IMG/VR virus record: IMGVR_UViG_3300018053_000002
Span: 1 to 64,000 of that record
From: a virus
DNA length: 64,000 bases
Direction: 5' to 3' (one strand)
Shown: positions 35,132-44,742 of the stretch, in pieces
Layout: each line of letters starts with the position of its first letter
Numbering within the stretch: the stretch's first letter is position 1
Program-made: the position numbers and the translations under genes
The notes under the pieces: model-generated
What the model was told of the DNA's origin: nothing
Databases searched by the model: none
What the model saw: only the letters and a program-made list of their open reading frames with translations

Positions 35132-37609
35132 GTGGGCCTGCTCATTGACATCTCGTCCCCGGCCATCGCGACAGGCAACCCGACCGCCACCACCGCCTCG
35201 TTCACTCCGCCCGACGACTCACTGTTGGTTGTCGCTTTCAGCGGCAACGACTCGGTTGCCTTCATGGCTGCCCCGAGTATCACCGACAGCCTCGGTACGC
35301 ATCTCACCTACACCCGTACCGACTGGATTAACCGCAACGACACCGGCATCAACGGTCAAGCCGCGATCTGGACAGCCCCGGTCGTAACCGGCGCGGCGAT
35401 GACGGTCTCCGTGACCAACGGCGACGGCGCCACCGCGCGACACTGCGCTATCCGGGTGTGGGTACTGACCGGCGCTGAGCCGACCACTCCGGTTGGCGCC
35501 CACGGTGGCGCCGCGTCAGCGTCCGCGGCGGCGATTGCCCAGTCCTACACGGCGCAGGGCGATGGTGGGCAAGGGTTCCTGGTCTCCTGCGACTGGGACG
35601 CTCTCGGCGCCGACACCGCCGGGACCGGTTGCACACTGGACGGGTCGGCGACCATCCCCACCAACCAGATCTCCTACGCGTTTGAACACCGCACCTTCGC
35701 CGACGACTCCATCGGCGGTTTGAACACTCTGAACCTGACCCTGCCCGGAACCTCAACCAACCTCTCCTGGGCCTATATCGAGATCCTCCCGATGGTCGGC
35801 GACGATCCCGAGAAGGACCCACCGCCGTTCGTCATGTGGCGTCCGCCCGGTGAGGGTTTGGCCCCTAACGGGGTGTGGAGTCCATGGCTGGGAACAGCCA
35901 ACGAAGGGCCACCCGACACAGGGTTGCGCATTGACGGCAGCGGCCCCGGCGCGGTCACCCAAACCGACGGCACCGTCATCGCGCTTACCACCGCTTCATT
36001 CACCCCACCGGCCGGGTCGCTGCTGCTCATCTTGTGGGCGGGCAACTCCGTCAACGGGGTCAACCCGTCTCAGCCGACGATCACTGACAGTCTCGGCACA
36101 CCGCTGACCTACACCCGCTCAGACTGGCAGTCGCGCGCTGACGCACCCACCGTCGATGGGCAGGCCGCGGCCTGGACCGCTCCGGTGATTACCGCGGCAC
36201 CGATGACGGTAACGGTCAGCAACAACGCGGCCAGCGGGTCCCGGCAAGCCGCGTTTCAGGTGCTGGTACTGACCAACGAGGCGGCCTCACCGGTCGGCGC
36301 CCACGGCAAGGCTGGTTCCGTCTCAGGCGCGATCATCACCCAGACGTACACCGCCCAGGCCACCCTCGGCCAAGGTTTCATCGCCGTCAGTGACTGGTCC
36401 GCAACCGGCACACCCAAGGCCGGCACCGACTGCTATCTAGCCAACGTCAATGCCGCGGGTACCATCCCAACCAACCAACTGTCGTATGGGTTCTTCAAAC
36501 GGACCATCCCCGACGATGTCAACACCGTCAACAACCGCCTGAACGTCTCCCTGGCCGGCACCTCCACCGCACTGGCCTGGGTTTACATCGAAATTCTGCC
36601 GCTAGTTGTTAGTGGGCCGAGTGGGGCCGGAGTCACCCCGCAGCACACCGAAATTGTCAACACCATCCGCAAGCAGGCCAACGCCGATACGGCAGTCACC
36701 CAACGTGCCGCAGTCGTTGCCACCGGCGTCAAGAACGCCAGCACCGGAACCATCACCAGTCAGCACACCACCACCCAACCAACCGGGCTGAAACAAGCCC
36801 AAGCCGCCGGGGCCACGGTTGGGCACACCACCACCCAACCAACCGGGCTGAAACAAGCTCAAGCCGCCGGGGCCACGGTTGGGCACAACGTCACCCAGTC
36901 CACCGGCACCTCTGCTGCTCCGGTCATCGGTTCTGGCAGCACTGTTCAGCGCAACACCACGGCTGTTACCAGCTTCAAGGTCGGCGTCGGTACGGGTCGT
37001 TCATCGGCTCGGGCCACCACTGTGGCAACCGGCCGGAAGCAAGCCGTTGCAACCGGCGCGACTGTCCAGCGCAGCACCGGTACCGGCACTGTCCGGAAGC
37101 AGGCCATCGCAACCGGCGCGACTGTTCAGCGCAGCACGGACACCAACACCGTTCGCAAGCAGGGCATCAGCACCAACACGACCTCGGTCCATCCGCTGAC
37201 CTTGGCCACTGCTCCTACCCCCGTGGTCGGTGCCGGCCTGACGGTCGTGCACCAGGTCACCACCGCGACCGGCAAGCGTAGTGCAGTCGCCACCTCGGTT
37301 ACCCACCCTCACGTAGCAACCACGTGCACCGGGAAACGGTCAGCTATCGGGGTCGGACGGACCTCGGTTTATCCGGTCACGAGAGCAACCGGTGTCCATC
37401 AGGGTGTCGGGGTAGGGCGCGTCCCGGTCGCTGTGGCTACGCGCGTGCTGTCCAGTTCGACACCCATTCCGGCGGATCTGCTCTACGCCACCGAGGTGGA
37501 CCGCGAGCTTGTCCCGTCGGCGACCGGTGCGGCTCTTCATGGCACCGACTCTCATCCGACCTATCGATCCACCGGATCTGGAGCCCAGCTCGTGGCGAGG
37601 GAGGACTGA
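35132..37609 (+). CDS. Large virion protein: two tandem homologous beta-sandwich domains plus Thr-rich 20-aa repeats
   Basis: TTASFTPP...ITDSLGT.LTYTR.DW...AW.YIEILP occurs twice; Thr/Ala/Gly repeats in the C-terminal third. Confidence 0.75.
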   Translation: MGLLIDISSPAIATGNPTATTASFTPPDDSLLVVAFSGNDSVAFMAAPSITDSLGTHLTYTRTDWINRNDTGINGQAAIWTAPVVTGAAMTVSVTNGDGATARHCAIRVWVLTGAEPTTPVGAHGGAASASAAAIAQSYTAQGDGGQGFLVSCDWDALGADTAGTGCTLDGSATIPTNQISYAFEHRTFADDSIGGLNTLNLTLPGTSTNLSWAYIEILPMVGDDPEKDPPPFVMWRPPGEGLAPNGVWSPWLGTANEGPPDTGLRIDGSGPGAVTQTDGTVIALTTASFTPPAGSLLLILWAGNSVNGVNPSQPTITDSLGTPLTYTRSDWQSRADAPTVDGQAAAWTAPVITAAPMTVTVSNNAASGSRQAAFQVLVLTNEAASPVGAHGKAGSVSGAIITQTYTAQATLGQGFIAVSDWSATGTPKAGTDCYLANVNAAGTIPTNQLSYGFFKRTIPDDVNTVNNRLNVSLAGTSTALAWVYIEILPLVVSGPSGAGVTPQHTEIVNTIRKQANADTAVTQRAAVVATGVKNASTGTITSQHTTTQPTGLKQAQAAGATVGHTTTQPTGLKQAQAAGATVGHNVTQSTGTSAAPVIGSGSTVQRNTTAVTSFKVGVGTGRSSARATTVATGRKQAVATGATVQRSTGTGTVRKQAIATGATVQRSTDTNTVRKQGISTNTTSVHPLTLATAPTPVVGAGLTVVHQVTTATGKRSAVATSVTHPHVATTCTGKRSAIGVGRTSVYPVTRATGVHQGVGVGRVPVAVATRVLSSSTPIPADLLYATEVDRELVPSATGAALHGTDSHPTYRSTGSGAQLVARED
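36763..36887 (+). repeat. 60-bp tandem repeat (2 copies, 1 mismatch)
   Basis: Encodes HTTTQPTGLKQAQAAGATVG twice. Confidence 0.9.
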
Positions 37610-38458
37610 ATGCCCGATGTCGGTGACTGGACCACTCCGGTCCTGGAGGTAACCCCGTTCGATGGCACGACGACCGCGACCTTGGTTGTCACCAAACCTG
37701 ATGGCACTACGGCCAACCCGGGCGTGACCCCCTCCGCTGGTGGACACATCCAGACCGGCGTGGCCTACCAGTACACGATGGCCGGGCTCTGGCTGGAGAC
37801 GTGGACGGTCAGCAACACCGGCGCTGGAGTGCAGTACCGGGACACCATCGTTACCGGTGTTCCGTCTGACCGGTATGCAACGGAAGCGGAGTTGCGCTCA
37901 CGGCTGAACATCACGACCACGGCCGAGGATTCGAGGGTGCTCGACGCATTGTCTGCGGCGTCCCGTGGCATCGACGTTGTATGTGAGCGTCGGTTCACGA
38001 GAGCCAACACCGCGACGGCGAGGGTGTTTTACCCGGGTCGATGGTCGGCCGAGGTGGACGACTTCTGGACCACGAGCGGCTTGATCGTGGCCACCGACGA
38101 GGGTGGCTCCGGGACCTTTGATTCGACCTGGACGTCGGCGGACTATGAGCTGTTTCCCCTCAATGGTCTGGTCCGTGGCGAGGCACAACCGTTCTGTCGG
38201 ATCAAGGCGGTCAACCGGTACTTTCCGCTCCAGCGGATCCGGGCCGGGCTTCAGGTCACCGCCATATGGGGCTGGGCCTCGATCCCGTCCCCGGTGCATG
38301 AAGCAGCGCTCGCGGTCGCGGAAGAGATTTACAAGCTTAAGGACTCCCCGTTCGGGGTCGCCGGCACCACAGAGTGGGGAACGATCCGTGTGCGACAGAA
38401 CCCGTACGCGATGCAGATGCTCCGGCCCTACTCGCGCTACCCGTTCATGATGGCCTGA
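37610..38458 (+). CDS. Head-tail adaptor with N-terminal Ig-like domain
   Basis: YAT..EL...L..ASR.ID..C.R.F; WGW..IP..V..A. Confidence 0.8.
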   Translation: MPDVGDWTTPVLEVTPFDGTTTATLVVTKPDGTTANPGVTPSAGGHIQTGVAYQYTMAGLWLETWTVSNTGAGVQYRDTIVTGVPSDRYATEAELRSRLNITTTAEDSRVLDALSAASRGIDVVCERRFTRANTATARVFYPGRWSAEVDDFWTTSGLIVATDEGGSGTFDSTWTSADYELFPLNGLVRGEAQPFCRIKAVNRYFPLQRIRAGLQVTAIWGWASIPSPVHEAALAVAEEIYKLKDSPFGVAGTTEWGTIRVRQNPYAMQMLRPYSRYPFMMA

Positions 38459-38459
38459 C

Positions 38460-38870
38460 ATGATCTCCCAGGTTCGCGTCGGTCTGGCAGCCGGCATCGC
38501 CACCATCAACGGACTCAACGTCGATCCGAACGGGCTGGTGCAGGGTGCCATCACCCCACCCACCGCGGTGATCCTGCCGGGTGAGCCGTATCTTGAATAC
38601 AGCGTAACTATGGGCGACGAGGTCTACGACCTCCGATTCACCGTGCTGCTCATTGTCGGTGCGGCGTACAGCCCGGAGAACCAGCAGGCTCTCGACAACT
38701 ACCTGGAACCGACCGGGGCGATGAGCATCCGCGCGGCCGTGCACTCTCACGTGACCACGGCCTATGACTACGCCATTGTGCGTCGGGCCTTCAGCATCGG
38801 GATGTTCGAGTACGCCGGTCAGCAGTATTACGGAGCGCAGCTCACCGTGGAGGTGGCGTGCAGTGTCTAG
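38460..38870 (+). CDS. Tail terminator-like protein
   Basis: Size, position and PP.A.I / F.V...V pattern. Confidence 0.65.
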   Translation: MISQVRVGLAAGIATINGLNVDPNGLVQGAITPPTAVILPGEPYLEYSVTMGDEVYDLRFTVLLIVGAAYSPENQQALDNYLEPTGAMSIRAAVHSHVTTAYDYAIVRRAFSIGMFEYAGQQYYGAQLTVEVACSV

Positions 38871-39117
38871 TGACGTTAAGGATCTCGACGAGACGCGCCG
38901 GTTGCTCTATGGTGCCTTGGCTGCTTCACGCACCGATCGGTGGGAGTTGGTCGGCACCCTCGTCAACGCGCTGGCGCATCATTCTGGGCTGAGCGAAGAC
39001 CCGATGACCGACATGGACTACCTGGTCGGACTCGTGGAAATTGGTGGTACCGAGAACTCCGCTCGGGCGTTGGCCTGGATCGACCAGCTCACGGCCCGCC
39101 AGTGCGTTTCCTCGTAG
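38863..39117 (+). CDS. Hypothetical protein
   Basis: GGAGGTG RBS, overlap coupling. Confidence 0.5.
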   Translation: MSSDVKDLDETRRLLYGALAASRTDRWELVGTLVNALAHHSGLSEDPMTDMDYLVGLVEIGGTENSARALAWIDQLTARQCVSS

Positions 39118-40124
39118 CGCACCCGGGGCCTCACTTCTCGGTCGCGGACGTGCACGTCGGTTGGTGCGAGGCGTTGCGGGAGTTGGGTTGTCAGGTCATC
39201 GAATACAACCTCGCGGAACGCCTCACGTTCTATGGCTCGGTGTTCTTCGAGGCGGGCGAGGGTGCCTTCCGGCGGGCGTTGACCTCGGAGCAGGCGACCG
39301 ACCTCGCGACGAACGGAATCTATTCCACCCTCTACAAGACCCAGCCTGACGTTCTCCTGGTCATCAGCGGGTTCTTCTACCCGCCCGAGGTCTATGATCG
39401 GGCCCGCGCCGCGGGAACCAAGGTTGTCATCGTTCACACCGAGAGCCCGTACGAGGACAAGCGCCAACTGGAGATCGCACCCCACGCTGACCTGAACCTG
39501 ATTAACGATCCCGCTAATGTCGAGGCGTTCAAGGTGTTGGCACCGACCAGATGGCTACCACACGCTTACCGGCCATCGGTTCACTGTCCGGGTGAACCCA
39601 AGCCGGATCTCGTCTGCGACCTTGCCTTCATCGGTACGGGCTACCCGAGCCGGGTCAAGTTCTTCGAGGCCATGGACCTCGACGGTCTGGACGTCCTGCT
39701 CGGTGGCAACTGGAAGGACCTCGACGAGGATTCACCATTGCGACCGTACGTTGGTCACGACCCGGAGGAATGCCTCGACAACGCTGACGCGGTCGACATC
39801 TACCGCTCGGCTCAGGTCGGCATTAACGTCTACCGCCGGGAATCCGAGATCGGCTACATCGGTCAGGGTGGCGCGTGTGGGCCACGTGAGATCGAGATGG
39901 CGGCGTGCGGCCTGTTCTTTCTCCGGGATCCCAGGCCCGAGAGTAATGATCTCTTCCCGATGCTGCCGACCTTCACCGGACCTCAACACGCCAGTGAGCT
40001 GCTACATGACTGGCTCGGGCGTCCCGCACTACGACAAACGTTGGCAGCCAAGGCGCGGGAGGCGGTCGTCGATCGCACGTTCACGAGCCATGCCCGGCAT
40101 CTGCTGAGGCTGCTCGGCTACTAG
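39102..40124 (+). CDS. GT-B fold glycosyltransferase (CgeB/YkvP-like)
   Basis: ESPYED, D..FIGT...R, Y....IN, PR..E.AACG, HT-like C-terminus. Confidence 0.82.
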   Translation: MRFLVAHPGPHFSVADVHVGWCEALRELGCQVIEYNLAERLTFYGSVFFEAGEGAFRRALTSEQATDLATNGIYSTLYKTQPDVLLVISGFFYPPEVYDRARAAGTKVVIVHTESPYEDKRQLEIAPHADLNLINDPANVEAFKVLAPTRWLPHAYRPSVHCPGEPKPDLVCDLAFIGTGYPSRVKFFEAMDLDGLDVLLGGNWKDLDEDSPLRPYVGHDPEECLDNADAVDIYRSAQVGINVYRRESEIGYIGQGGACGPREIEMAACGLFFLRDPRPESNDLFPMLPTFTGPQHASELLHDWLGRPALRQTLAAKAREAVVDRTFTSHARHLLRLLGY

Positions 40125-40139
40125 CCCGGGGGTGGGGCA

Positions 40140-41285
40140 ATGGCGTTCGGTCGCAAGGCTCTGTTCATTATCACTGGTCTGTTGCTCGCCATGGCGGGTG
40201 TCGCTTGGGCGGTTACTCCTCCTGCCACATCGGATGACGCGGCCGTGTTCCGGCAGGTGTGCGAGGCCGCGTTGCGTGGCCAGTTGTCGACGGCGGATCG
40301 GACGTGGGCGCAACGCTGTGCGCGGGTAGGCGCGGTCGCCGGTGGAGTCCTGGATAGCCCGAGCCCGTCACCGTCCTCCAGCCCCAGCCCGTCCCCCAGC
40401 CCGTCAGGAAGCCCTACACCGACCCCCAGCCCGTCCCCGACCGTTTCCCCGTCCCCGACCCCCAGCCCGTCACCGTCGCCTACAGCGGGCCCCAGCCCGA
40501 CGTCACCGGTGTTCGGCTGTCCCGTCTTCCCGGCTATCCCTGACCAGGACTGCACCGGCTGGCGGCATACCGGTGTTACCCTCCACGACTGCCCGCTCAC
40601 CTTGACCGCAGCTAGTTACGACTCGTGTCGATTCAACGGCAGTATCGTCGTCGCTTCAAGCAACGTCCAAGTATCGCGGTCGCTGGTCCTCGGTCACGTC
40701 GAGGGCGCCGGCTATGACCTACGTGGCCTGATCCTCACCGACGTGGAGGTCTCCGGCTCGGCGGACAACATGGCTGCCATCGGCAACTCGAACTGGACCT
40801 GCCTCCGGTGTGATGTGCATGACGGTCAGCGTGGCTTTGCGCTCGGCAACAACGTGCGGGTCGAGGACTCCTACGCCCATGACTTCGCGATTATCCCTGG
40901 CGCCCACCAGACCGCGGCCAGTACGCACGGTAGTAGCAACGTGACCGTGTTGCACTCGAATCTGCAATGCAATAGCGACGCCTATGCCTGCTCGTCGGCG
41001 ATGAGCTTCTATTCGGAGGACGCTCCCGGCATCAGCGGCTTCACGGTGCGCCACAACCTGTTCAACACCGATGCTGGTTACTGCGTCTTCTTTGCTTCAC
41101 TGACGGCCGGTAAGCCGTACGGAATTACCAATGTCATGTTCATCGACAATCTATTCGGCAAGCTGTTCCGCAGCGGTACGAGGTGTGGCGAGTATGGGCC
41201 TCTCGCGAACTGGCCAGAGTCGCAGGCCGGGAATACGTGGTCTGGAAATGTATATCAGGATGGTTCGGGGCCGGTGCTGCCATGA
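40140..41285 (+). CDS. Secreted protein with (SP/TP)n linker and right-handed beta-helix (pectin-lyase-like) domain
   Basis: Signal peptide; SPSPSP linker; parallel beta-helix periodicity (V.DSY.HD, N.F, W.GN.Y.DG). Confidence 0.75.
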   Translation: MAFGRKALFIITGLLLAMAGVAWAVTPPATSDDAAVFRQVCEAALRGQLSTADRTWAQRCARVGAVAGGVLDSPSPSPSSSPSPSPSPSGSPTPTPSPSPTVSPSPTPSPSPSPTAGPSPTSPVFGCPVFPAIPDQDCTGWRHTGVTLHDCPLTLTAASYDSCRFNGSIVVASSNVQVSRSLVLGHVEGAGYDLRGLILTDVEVSGSADNMAAIGNSNWTCLRCDVHDGQRGFALGNNVRVEDSYAHDFAIIPGAHQTAASTHGSSNVTVLHSNLQCNSDAYACSSAMSFYSEDAPGISGFTVRHNLFNTDAGYCVFFASLTAGKPYGITNVMFIDNLFGKLFRSGTRCGEYGPLANWPESQAGNTWSGNVYQDGSGPVLP

Positions 41286-41328
41286 GGGCCAGGTCAGTGA
41301 ACTCGCAATTTAGTGGAGGTTGACCCTA

Positions 41329-41727
41329 ATGGCTCGTATTGCTGGTAGGAACGGTCGTGTCTACATCGCCATCACGTCCGTTGGTACTGCTGCGCCGTTG
41401 CCGTTCCAGGCGTCGTGGTCGCTCTCTGCGGCCGTTGACAAAATCGATGTCACTGCGATGGGTGACACTAACAAGGTCTACGTGTCCGGGCTTCCCGACG
41501 CCAGCGGTGAGTTCTCTGGCTTCTACGACGACGCCACGGCGCAGACCTACACCGCTGCGACCGACGGATTGCCTCGTAAGTTCTACCTCTACCCGAACCT
41601 GTTGCTGGTGACTCAGTACTGGTTCGGTGAGGTGCTGCCGGACTTCTCGGTCAACGCCACTGTAGACGGCGCTGTCCAGGTGTCGGCGAGCTGGAACGCG
41701 TCGAGCACCATCATCAAGGTCGGCTAA
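41329..41727 (+). CDS. Major tail (tube) protein
   Basis: W.L....D.T.MGD...Y..GL.D.SG...G.YD pattern. Confidence 0.85.
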   Translation: MARIAGRNGRVYIAITSVGTAAPLPFQASWSLSAAVDKIDVTAMGDTNKVYVSGLPDASGEFSGFYDDATAQTYTAATDGLPRKFYLYPNLLLVTQYWFGEVLPDFSVNATVDGAVQVSASWNASSTIIKVG

Positions 41728-42192
41728 GTGCCGGTCACCGTCGAGGTCCGTGGTCAGGCCGAACTACGTGACGCCGCCAGGGATCTGCGGAAGGAAAGAG
41801 CACAGCTACGCCAGCGATTGGTCGACGCGACCCTTCATGCGGTCAGACCGTTGGAGGGGCTCATTAAGGTGGGCGCTCCGGCGTTCCTGCCCTCGGGCTA
41901 TGCGCCCGTCATGGTGAGGACCCTGAAGGTGACCCCGTCGGTCCGGCTTTCTCGTGGTCGGCGGGGTGTGAGCTTGCGCGTGCACGCGAAGGGCCAGAAG
42001 GAACAGCGGGACGTTGAAGCCGTTGATCTCGGTATGTTGCGACACCCGGTGTTCGGCAACCGTAGGCGCTGGGTCGAGCAAGGCATCACGCCGGAGTTCG
42101 TGACCCGGCCGTTCGCGGCGATGAAACCCCGCATCATCAGTGAGCTGGACGATGTGCTCGACGGTATGCGCGTGAGGATTGAGAGGGGCTAG
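41728..42192 (+). CDS. Neck/tail-completion protein (HK97 gp10-like)
   Basis: VEVRG..EL; RHPVFGN...W..Q..P.F...F; basic. Confidence 0.65.
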   Translation: MPVTVEVRGQAELRDAARDLRKERAQLRQRLVDATLHAVRPLEGLIKVGAPAFLPSGYAPVMVRTLKVTPSVRLSRGRRGVSLRVHAKGQKEQRDVEAVDLGMLRHPVFGNRRRWVEQGITPEFVTRPFAAMKPRIISELDDVLDGMRVRIERG

Positions 42193-42585
42193 ATGCGAAT
42201 CACCTTGGCTGAGAAGGACCGCGAACGTTTCAGTGTGCCCGAGGTCATCGAATACGAAGAGATGGACCTGACCCTTGGCGAGGTCGTGGCCCTGGAGGAG
42301 CAGGCTGGCATCACGTTCGATGTCTGGGCGGACATGCTACGCGGTGACCCCGTACCGGTGGAGGAGGGCAGAGAGCCACGCTATCGCCGGTCCTACCGCA
42401 CTCAGCACGTCATCCTCTGGCTGGCGGTCCGTAAAGCAGGAGTGAATGTCAAGTACAAGGACTTTGACGTGTCGCTGAGCGGGCTGAAGGTTCTTCAAGA
42501 TGAGGTTGCCGTGGAGGAGCCGGGAAAAGAGCCGGGCCCGGACGGGTCCGAATTGCCAGACTCCCCAGCGACGACCCCGAGCTGA
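42193..42585 (+). CDS. Tail assembly chaperone (G)
   Basis: Between tube and TMP; in-frame G GGA AAA slippery site. Confidence 0.82.
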   Translation: MRITLAEKDRERFSVPEVIEYEEMDLTLGEVVALEEQAGITFDVWADMLRGDPVPVEEGREPRYRRSYRTQHVILWLAVRKAGVNVKYKDFDVSLSGLKVLQDEVAVEEPGKEPGPDGSELPDSPATTPS

Positions 42586-42740
42586 GCACGCTACGCCACT
42601 GGTATGACCTCGCATTTGAGCATCTCTTCTCGTTGACGATTGAGCAGATCAATGCCATGCCCTATAGCGAGTGGTGTGACCGGCGACGGTTCTCTGATCT
42701 GATGATCCCGGTGCGATGGGGGGTGCCAGATGGCTCGTGA
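42522..42740 (+). other. Programmed -1 frameshift (GGGAAAA at 42522-42528) giving the chaperone GT extension
   Basis: -1 frame open to TGA 42738-42740 (…LFSLTIEQINAMPYSEW…), overlapping the TMP start. Confidence 0.8.
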
Positions 42741-44742
42741 CCTGAACATCGACATCTATACCCAGGCGCATCTTGACGGGCTGGATAACGCGGCCCTGGG
42801 GTTGGACCAGACAGCCAGGAGTGCCGACAAGACTGGCAGCTCTTTCCGCAACATGAAGCAGGACGCTGAAACACTCAACAAGACGATCGCGGTCACGAAG
42901 ACAAAGGTCCAAGAACTCAACGCAGAGTTCGCGAAGAGTGGTGGCAGCGACAAGTCGATCTTTGGTGATCTGAAGAAAGAGCGTTCGTTCCTTGCTGAGC
43001 TGGAGCGGATCAAGAGGGAGTTGTCCAAGGACCAGGGCTGGGCTCTTGCTTTGGGGTCCAACGCCGGTGCCGGTTTCGGTGACGGTTTTCTCTCGGCGCT
43101 CTCTGCGACACCACTGCGTACCAAGGCTATCGCTGCTCTGGTTGCTGTCGGTGTTGCTGCGTCTCCAGCCCTGGGTGCCGCGGTTGCTGGAGCGGTAACC
43201 GGTGCAGTCGGGCTCGGTGGGATTGCAGGTGGAATTGCGGCGGCGTCAAAGGACCCACAGATCCGGATGGCAGCTAAGCACTTCAGCACCACAATCTCCA
43301 AGGAGTTCTTCAGCTCCGGATCGGCGTTCGTTGAACCGACCGTTGCGGCGCTAGACATCCTGGAGAAAGCTTTCCAGGATCTTGATCTGGGTAGTTCGTT
43401 TGCCCGAGCCGCACCCTTCGTCGAGGACGTTGCTCGTGGCATTGCTGGGCTAGCTACGAAGTTCATGCCGGGCTTCAATAAGGCTCTCGATGACGCGGGC
43501 CCAATATTGGAAGCCCTCGGCCGTGAACTGCCCGAGATCGGCGACGCGCTCGGTGACATGCTCGCCGACATGGCCGGTAGTGACGGGACCCTTGAGGGCT
43601 TCATCTTCCTGATGGATGTCATCGAGGGTAGCCTCCGGGCCGTCGGCGCCACTTTGCACTTCCTGGGCGAGGTGTTCGAGAACGCCATTCAGGCTATGCG
43701 GCTTCATACCGATGTCCTGCTTATTCAGTTCGGTAAGATACCGATCTTGGGTGACAAGCTCCGAGAGTTTAAGGGCCATCTCGATGACCTTTCTGTCGGT
43801 CAGCGTAACGTCGTCGTTGCCACTGATGATATGACCAAGGCCGTCCGGTTCTTCACGCCGGAGGCCCGCGAGAGCACCAAGATTCTGGTCGAGCAGGCCT
43901 ACACCTCCATGATTGCCGCCGCTGAGTTTGAACACCTCCGATACATGACCGAGCAGGCCAAGCTGGAGCTGGCCCGCTTCAACCAGGAGGTTGAGGACGC
44001 GTTCAACGTAGAGATGACCCTTGACGAGGCAACTCTGCGTGTGCAACAGGGGATGTTGAGGTTAAAGGACACGCTGAAGGAGAACGGTAAGCACTGGGAG
44101 ACCAACACCGAGAAGGGCCTGGCCAACCGGGAAGCGTTGCTGTCTCAGGTCAAGGCCCTTGACGGGGCGCGACAGGCCATGGTGACGAAGGCCGGCTCAG
44201 ACACCAAGGCGATCGATGCCATCAACGCGAAGTTCAACGCCCAGATTCTAGTCATCATGAGCATGGCAAGGACGGCTGGCGCCGGGAAGGACGTGCTCAA
44301 CGACCTCGCCGGGTCATATCTCATCGATGTCAAGGCGCCGACCGTGGTAACGGCCAAGGACAAAGTCAACGACCTGCACACCGCGTTGAACAACCTGCCC
44401 AGCCTGAAGACGCTCTACGTCAGGACGATCTACCAGGAGTTCCGCCAGGGGGAGAGGTCCTCTACCGGCCGGCAACACGGTGGCGACGTGCTGCCGCACC
44501 ACACCTACCAGTGGCAGGAGAAACGGCCCGAGGTGCTGGTGATGGGCGCACAAAAGGGTCACGTCTTCCCGTCGGTGGACGCCTACAAGAAGGCGATGGG
44601 TAACGGGGGCGGGGGTGGGCCCACGTACAACCTCACCATCAATGCCGGCATGGGGTCAGATCCACGTGAGATCCAGCGCGAGATCATGCGCGCCATTCAG
44701 GGCTATGAGAGCAGCAATGGCCGTCGCTGGCGGACACCGTGA
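42730..44742 (+). CDS. Tape measure protein
   Basis: 670 aa, Ala/Gly-rich, helical; C-terminal GG.V...PE...G.V.P motif; position. Confidence 0.9.
   Translation: MARDLNIDIYTQAHLDGLDNAALGLDQTARSADKTGSSFRNMKQDAETLNKTIAVTKTKVQELNAEFAKSGGSDKSIFGDLKKERSFLAELERIKRELSKDQGWALALGSNAGAGFGDGFLSALSATPLRTKAIAALVAVGVAASPALGAAVAGAVTGAVGLGGIAGGIAAASKDPQIRMAAKHFSTTISKEFFSSGSAFVEPTVAALDILEKAFQDLDLGSSFARAAPFVEDVARGIAGLATKFMPGFNKALDDAGPILEALGRELPEIGDALGDMLADMAGSDGTLEGFIFLMDVIEGSLRAVGATLHFLGEVFENAIQAMRLHTDVLLIQFGKIPILGDKLREFKGHLDDLSVGQRNVVVATDDMTKAVRFFTPEARESTKILVEQAYTSMIAAAEFEHLRYMTEQAKLELARFNQEVEDAFNVEMTLDEATLRVQQGMLRLKDTLKENGKHWETNTEKGLANREALLSQVKALDGARQAMVTKAGSDTKAIDAINAKFNAQILVIMSMARTAGAGKDVLNDLAGSYLIDVKAPTVVTAKDKVNDLHTALNNLPSLKTLYVRTIYQEFRQGERSSTGRQHGGDVLPHHTYQWQEKRPEVLVMGAQKGHVFPSVDAYKKAMGNGGGGGPTYNLTINAGMGSDPREIQREIMRAIQGYESSNGRRWRTP

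Noticed and set aside
42522-42740. Tail chaperone frameshift as a novelty
   Set aside because: Well-known feature of long-tailed phages; listed as a feature only.
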